NCBI GenBank assembly: GCA_021811305.1
Contig: JAJZPD010000001.1
Coordinates: forward strand, 1-35,447
DNA from: a bacterium
GTDB lineage: Bacteria > Patescibacteriota > Minisyncoccia > UBA6257 > Colwellbacteraceae
Direction: 5' to 3'
DNA: 35,447 bases
Shown here: positions 31,746 through 35,447 of the stretch, in pieces
Layout: each line of letters opens with the position of its first letter
How positions within the stretch are numbered: the stretch's first letter is position 1
Made by a program: the position numbers and the translations under genes
The notes under the pieces: model-generated
The model's input: the letters and a program-made list of their open reading frames with translations, nothing else
The model's database searches: none
Told to the model about the DNA's origin: nothing

Positions 31746-32031
31746 TGCTTTCGCCGAAAACCGGCGGCGTTTTCAGTGACTCTCCTTCTTTAACAGAAAA
31801 ATCCTCGCGTCCCAGCCCTTGGCACGGCCAGTCGGCGGCATCGGCTCGGAAGCGGTTCACCAGGCTGGTTCCTCCAGACATCGGCTCAACCGCGTCGGTT
31901 TTTAGCTCGTTTAAAACCTCAAAATAGCCGATTATCTCACGCATATTATCCAGTAGGCCGACCTCTTCCCCTTCCAGGGAAACTCGGGCCAATTCCGAAA
32001 GCTTCCTAATATCGCTTTCCTTTAATTCCAT
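31738..32031 (-). CDS. gatC: Asp/Glu-tRNA(Asn/Gln) amidotransferase subunit C
   Basis: 97 aa. It overlaps the gatA start by 8 nt. IRKLSELARVSLEGEEV...FEVLNELKTDAVEPM is the GatC pattern. Confidence 0.9.
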   Translation of the reverse strand: MELKESDIRKLSELARVSLEGEEVGLLDNMREIIGYFEVLNELKTDAVEPMSGGTSLVNRFRADAADWPCQGLGREDFSVKEGESLKTPPVFGESNA

Positions 32032-32153
32032 ATTCGCATATTAACACATCACTAAATCTTCCGGAACAGACGAGTCAAACTAAAAGCGGCTTTCCTTTAT
32101 TTCAAAGAAAGCCGCTCATGACGACTGTTTACCACTAGAGGAGGACACTTGCA

Positions 32154-32669
32154 CTACGCTCGCCTGCCCTTCGATTGGTGTGAGCGCTGAGGCTTAGCCT
32201 GGATCGGACGCGTCGCCGGCTGCCCGGCCGGAGGGAAGAACTTGACGATGGTTTCCGTAAGCTCGCCAGTCTCTTTGCTGGTGAAACGCTTCATGGAGTC
32301 GTCGTCCCAGGAAGAGGCGATCGTGTCGAACCAGCGTAAGATACCTTCATCCGAGGCAGGCATCCCGAGGTGGCGCTCGATCCAGTATGGGACGAACGCC
32401 ATCAGATACTCGAAAATGTCGCCTACCTTATAGGGAAAGGCAATCTGGAACGCCGAGAGCTTAGAAGCCAGAATGGCTCGCAGCCCATCCCAACGATCGG
32501 AAATGCCTTGATTACCAAATGCGTCAACGACTGGACGCATTCGACGTTCAAGTCGCTCCATCCAGAAAACGACTCCGGTCTCACGATCTACGTCCCGCAT
32601 CATAGCTCCCTCCTTTCGCAAGAGCAGCGGGTCACTCCTATCGGGAAACAGTGGATGCTGAAGAGCCAT
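32154..32669 (-). CDS. hypothetical protein (171 aa; alternative in-frame start gives 149 aa)
   Basis: The ATG at 32667-32669 is preceded by AAGGAGG (32678-32684). The internal ATGATG at 32598-32603 is preceded by AAGGAGGG (32608-32615). No recognised domain; basic Q/K/R-rich C-terminal tail. Confidence 0.6.
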   Translation of the reverse strand: MALQHPLFPDRSDPLLLRKEGAMMRDVDRETGVVFWMERLERRMRPVVDAFGNQGISDRWDGLRAILASKLSAFQIAFPYKVGDIFEYLMAFVPYWIERHLGMPASDEGILRWFDTIASSWDDDSMKRFTSKETGELTETIVKFFPPAGQPATRPIQAKPQRSHQSKGRRA

Positions 32670-32703
32670 TTCCCAAGCCTCCTTTGGCTCAGATTGGATT
32701 TAT

Positions 32704-32731
32704 ATTGTATCACAGATTTCCAGGGTGTGAA
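32704..32731 (-). promoter_or_regulatory. promoter of the 171-aa orphan (TTCACA-16-TGaTACAAT)
   Basis: -35 at 32726-32731 and an extended -10 at 32704-32712 on the minus strand. Confidence 0.55.
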
Positions 32732-32862
32732 GTAGCCCAAAATAAGAGACTATGCTTGCCGGCAAACAATATCCTTCGACGCGACTCAGGATATTTTCAT
32801 CTACTATTTCTATATGTCCTCGCCGCAAGCGGCGATGTATATTGTAGCTGAAAATAAAAAAA

Positions 32863-32888
32863 GGAGCCTCTCATAAAAAAGAGGCTCC
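32863..32888 (-). terminator. intrinsic terminator after the 3D-domain gene
   Basis: GGAGCCTCT-cataaaaa-AGAGGCTCC. The minus-strand reading is followed by TTTTTTTATTTT. Confidence 0.8.
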
Positions 32889-32896
32889 AGCCGATG

Positions 32897-33505
32897 TTAC
32901 GGTGTCGGAGCTTTACACGCATCAGAGACCTTGCCTGAAGATGGCGGAATAGCCAAAATCTGGATCGAGATAGACTTAACTCCCCACTGACCAGCATCGC
33001 TGTTAGAAGGGAACCAGATATCGATCCGCCATCCCTTGATAGCACCTCCGGTATCCTCCGCGTGGAAGATCGTTCCGGGGAACTCCGGGATCTCGACATA
33101 AGATCCCAGCGGGATGAAATTAGGATCCACAGCAATCTCGCCCCAACGAGGTTGGGTCATAGTTGCAGTACAAGCGCCGACACCAGATGAATATCCTGTA
33201 GCTAGAACCTGAACGGTTCTGGACACGGGATATTCTGCCTGCGCATTCTCCAGGAGTCTCGAGTTAGTAGGATCGTTGTCTACTGCGATCATATGCGTCC
33301 GCTTTCCTACAACACTCTCTCCGAGAGCGTTGCTGCGCTGCTTTGTGAAAGCCATCGACTGCATCGCCATAGCGATTTTTACAATCGAGTAGTCTTTAGC
33401 CGAAGACGACACCGTCTTCGTCGCGGAACCGTGAATCGACGATAACCCCACCGCCGCAGCGGCGATCAAACTGATCGCGCTGAGCGATCCTATCCTTCTC
33501 TTCAA
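32897..33505 (-). CDS. secreted 3D-domain (MltA/RlpA-like double-psi beta-barrel) cell-wall protein
   Basis: 202 aa with a TTG start 7 nt after AAGGAGGT and a signal peptide (MKRRIGSLSAISLIAAAAVGLSS). The 3D domain reads ATGYSSG...GEIAVDPNFIPLGSYVEIPEFPGTIFHAEDTGGAIKGWRIDIWFPS...WG. Confidence 0.8.
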   Translation of the reverse strand: MKRRIGSLSAISLIAAAAVGLSSIHGSATKTVSSSAKDYSIVKIAMAMQSMAFTKQRSNALGESVVGKRTHMIAVDNDPTNSRLLENAQAEYPVSRTVQVLATGYSSGVGACTATMTQPRWGEIAVDPNFIPLGSYVEIPEFPGTIFHAEDTGGAIKGWRIDIWFPSNSDAGQWGVKSISIQILAIPPSSGKVSDACKAPTP

Positions 33506-33552
33506 TCCGATTACCTCCTTGGCCCATGCTAAATTCTTAAGGAACTAAAATC

Positions 33553-33581
33553 TTTATAGCAGCAAAAAACCACTTTGTCAA
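33553..33581 (-). promoter_or_regulatory. promoter of the 3D-domain gene (TTGACA-17-TATAAA)
   Basis: -35 at 33576-33581 and -10 at 33553-33558 on the minus strand. Confidence 0.55.
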
Positions 33582-33613
33582 GCGCTGGAGCGGGTTTTTC
33601 GGCTTTTAGCCGC

Positions 33614-35447
33614 CTATTTTCCGGCCAGCCTTAAAAACCCTTCTTCTCCGATCACCCGGATGCCGAGTTCTCTGGCCTTTTGCAACTTCGATCCCGGATT
33701 TTCTCCGGCCACCACCAGCGTGGTTTGCCTGCCGACCGATTCGGAGACGTCCCCGCCGAGCGCCCTGATCCTCTCCTTCGCCTCTTCTCGTGGCATAGTT
33801 TGCAACGTCCCGGTAAGGACAACGATTTGTCCGGATAATTTTCCCTTCGCCTCTGCCTTCATCGGCAACAAGCGTACGCCGTTCCGTTCCAATTTTTCCA
33901 AGAAACGCATGTTGTGTTGGTCTTTAAACCATGAGGTTATGCTTTCCGCCACCTTCGGCCCGATATCCGGCAGCTCCTCGAGGCCGCTAACCCCCATCTC
34001 TTTAACTATTCCGGACAGCTGGCTGATTTTTATTTCCTTCATCCCAAGGCGTCTGGCAAAGGCCGCGGTCAGCGTTTGGGCAGTCTCCTCGCCAACGTGT
34101 AGGATGCCGAGGCTGTAAATAAGCCGAGACAGTTCGACGGACTTTTTCTCCCCGATCTCTTCAACTATTTTTTCAGCGGATCTTTCTCCGAATCTTTCCA
34201 AAGCGGCAACGTCCCCTTTTTGGAGAGAAAAGATATCGGCCGCGTCGGAGATCAATCCCTCGTCCACGAATCTATCCAAAGCTTTCGGCCCTAATCCACG
34301 GATATCGAAAGCCGATCTGGAAACCAAATGGCGCATCAGTTCGCGGTTCCGCGCGCCGCACTTAGGATTGGAACAGCGGTAGAAAACCCCGACTTTTTCC
34401 ACTTTGGAGCCGTCGACCGGGCAAGTCTCCGGCATTCGGAACTCTTTCTCCCTGCCGGTGCGCATTTTGGCCAGGACCGAAGTGATCTGCGGTATCACAT
34501 CTCCGGCGCGGCTGATCACGACCGTATCCCCGATTTTCAGGCCGAGCTTCCGAATCTGGTCCAAGTTGTGCAACGTCGCATGGGAAATCCTGACGCCGCC
34601 AACCTCGACCGGACGCAACTCCGCCACCGGAGTCAGCGTCCCCGTCCGCCCCACCTGTACCAGAATATTCTGAACTATGGTCGTCGCCTCGCGCGGAGAG
34701 AATTTGTAGGCGATGGCCGCTCGCGGCGCCTTGCCGACAACTCCCGCCTCTCCGTAAATATCGTTGTTGTTAAGGATAATAACTATCCCGTCGATCTCAT
34801 AATCAAGCTTCTCGCGGTGCTTTTCCCAGTAATCGCGGAACTCGAAGACCTCCTCTAGCGACTGGACCAGGCGGTTGTTCGGATTGGTTTTGAAGCCGAG
34901 CTCCTTCAGCTTCTCATGCTCTTTCTTGTGCTTCGTTAGGCCGAATCCGCTCACAATATCGTAGGCGAAAGAGTCCAGTCTGCGGCTAGCGGTGATCTTC
35001 GGGTCGAGCTGGCGAACCGAACCGGCGGCGATGTTGCGCGGATTGGCATATGCCTTGGCTCCCGCTTTTTCTTGCTCGCGGTTGATGCGTTCGAATTCTT
35101 TCCTACTCAAAAAAACCTCCCCGCGGACCACCAAGCGGCGCGGAATCTTCTTTTCTCTATCGGCCATTAAGGAAAGCGGAATTGGCTCGACGGTTTTCAA
35201 GTTCTGAGTAACGTCTTCGCCGACAACGCCGTCCCCTCTGGTCGAACCCTGGACGAAGACGCCGTCCTCGTAAACCAGTTCGATGGCCAGCCCGTCGATT
35301 TTCAGCTCTACGTAAAACTCCCGCTTAACCTTCCGGTTCAAATAATTCTCCAGCCGCTCCAGCCAGGCTTGGACATCCTCTCTGCTGAAGGCGTCATTGA
35401 AAGAAAGCATCGTCTCCTCATGTCGGACCTTCTTAAACTCCTTAAGC
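33614..35447 (-). CDS. ligA: NAD-dependent DNA ligase LigA; 5' end lies beyond the window
   Basis: The ORF is open upstream of the track's Met: the frame continues as LKEFKKVRHEETMLSFNDAF to the window edge. It has the adenylation motif ELKIDG, an OB fold, a Zn finger (CPVDGSKV...CSNPKC), HhH repeats and a BRCT domain (GQIVVLTGTL). Confidence 0.95.
   Translation of the reverse strand, partial: LKEFKKVRHEETMLSFNDAFSREDVQAWLERLENYLNRKVKREFYVELKIDGLAIELVYEDGVFVQGSTRGDGVVGEDVTQNLKTVEPIPLSLMADREKKIPRRLVVRGEVFLSRKEFERINREQEKAGAKAYANPRNIAAGSVRQLDPKITASRRLDSFAYDIVSGFGLTKHKKEHEKLKELGFKTNPNNRLVQSLEEVFEFRDYWEKHREKLDYEIDGIVIILNNNDIYGEAGVVGKAPRAAIAYKFSPREATTIVQNILVQVGRTGTLTPVAELRPVEVGGVRISHATLHNLDQIRKLGLKIGDTVVISRAGDVIPQITSVLAKMRTGREKEFRMPETCPVDGSKVEKVGVFYRCSNPKCGARNRELMRHLVSRSAFDIRGLGPKALDRFVDEGLISDAADIFSLQKGDVAALERFGERSAEKIVEEIGEKKSVELSRLIYSLGILHVGEETAQTLTAAFARRLGMKEIKISQLSGIVKEMGVSGLEELPDIGPKVAESITSWFKDQHNMRFLEKLERNGVRLLPMKAEAKGKLSGQIVVLTGTLQTMPREEAKERIRALGGDVSESVGRQTTLVVAGENPGSKLQKARELGIRVIGEEGFLRLAGK

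Overview
A 35.4-kb stretch of a compact, mid-GC bacterial genome. Gene content, shortened housekeeping proteins and gene order suggest a reduced-genome lineage such as CPR/Patescibacteria; this is inference only. All 40 supportable protein genes lie on the minus strand. In minus-strand order they are: ligA (5' end off-window), a 3D-domain wall protein, an orphan, gatC-gatA, an orphan, pheS-pheT plus a pilin-like LamG protein, a small orphan, rpmF, nusB-rnc-smc, rpsP-KH protein-trmD, rpsB-tsf, a small membrane protein, rpmG, rplJ-rplL, mraZ-rsmH-ftsL-ftsI-murF, a membrane protein, rplU, murD-murC, a sugar nucleotidyltransferase, murB, hpf-secA, an ASCH/DUF3850 protein, a DUF167 protein and a CsaA-like protein (3' end off-window). 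There are eight tRNAs: Glu-CTC, Val-CAC, Thr-GGT, Thr-TGT and Tyr-GTA on the minus strand, and an initiator-like Met-CAT, a second CAT tRNA and Asp-GTC on the plus strand. The non-coding DNA is the unusual part. (1) A palindromic repeat family built of GCGCAAAA/AAAGCG units sits at seven operon boundaries, twice carrying a nested second palindrome, one of them a telomere-like G4 motif. (2) A roughly 355-nt GC-rich gene-free block has its own plus-strand promoter and a strong plus-strand terminator, making it an unclassified ncRNA candidate. (3) Three exact AGTTATCCACA boxes (identical to the DnaA-box 9-mer) lie just downstream of the mraZ promoter. (4) Two tRNAs are each trailed by a second copy of their own 3' end. 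(5) Near-consensus sigma70 promoters sit only 5-9 nt from start codons of SD-less housekeeping genes, while three orphan or wall genes carry canonical AGGAGG sites. No rRNA, CRISPR array, transposase or integrase gene was seen.
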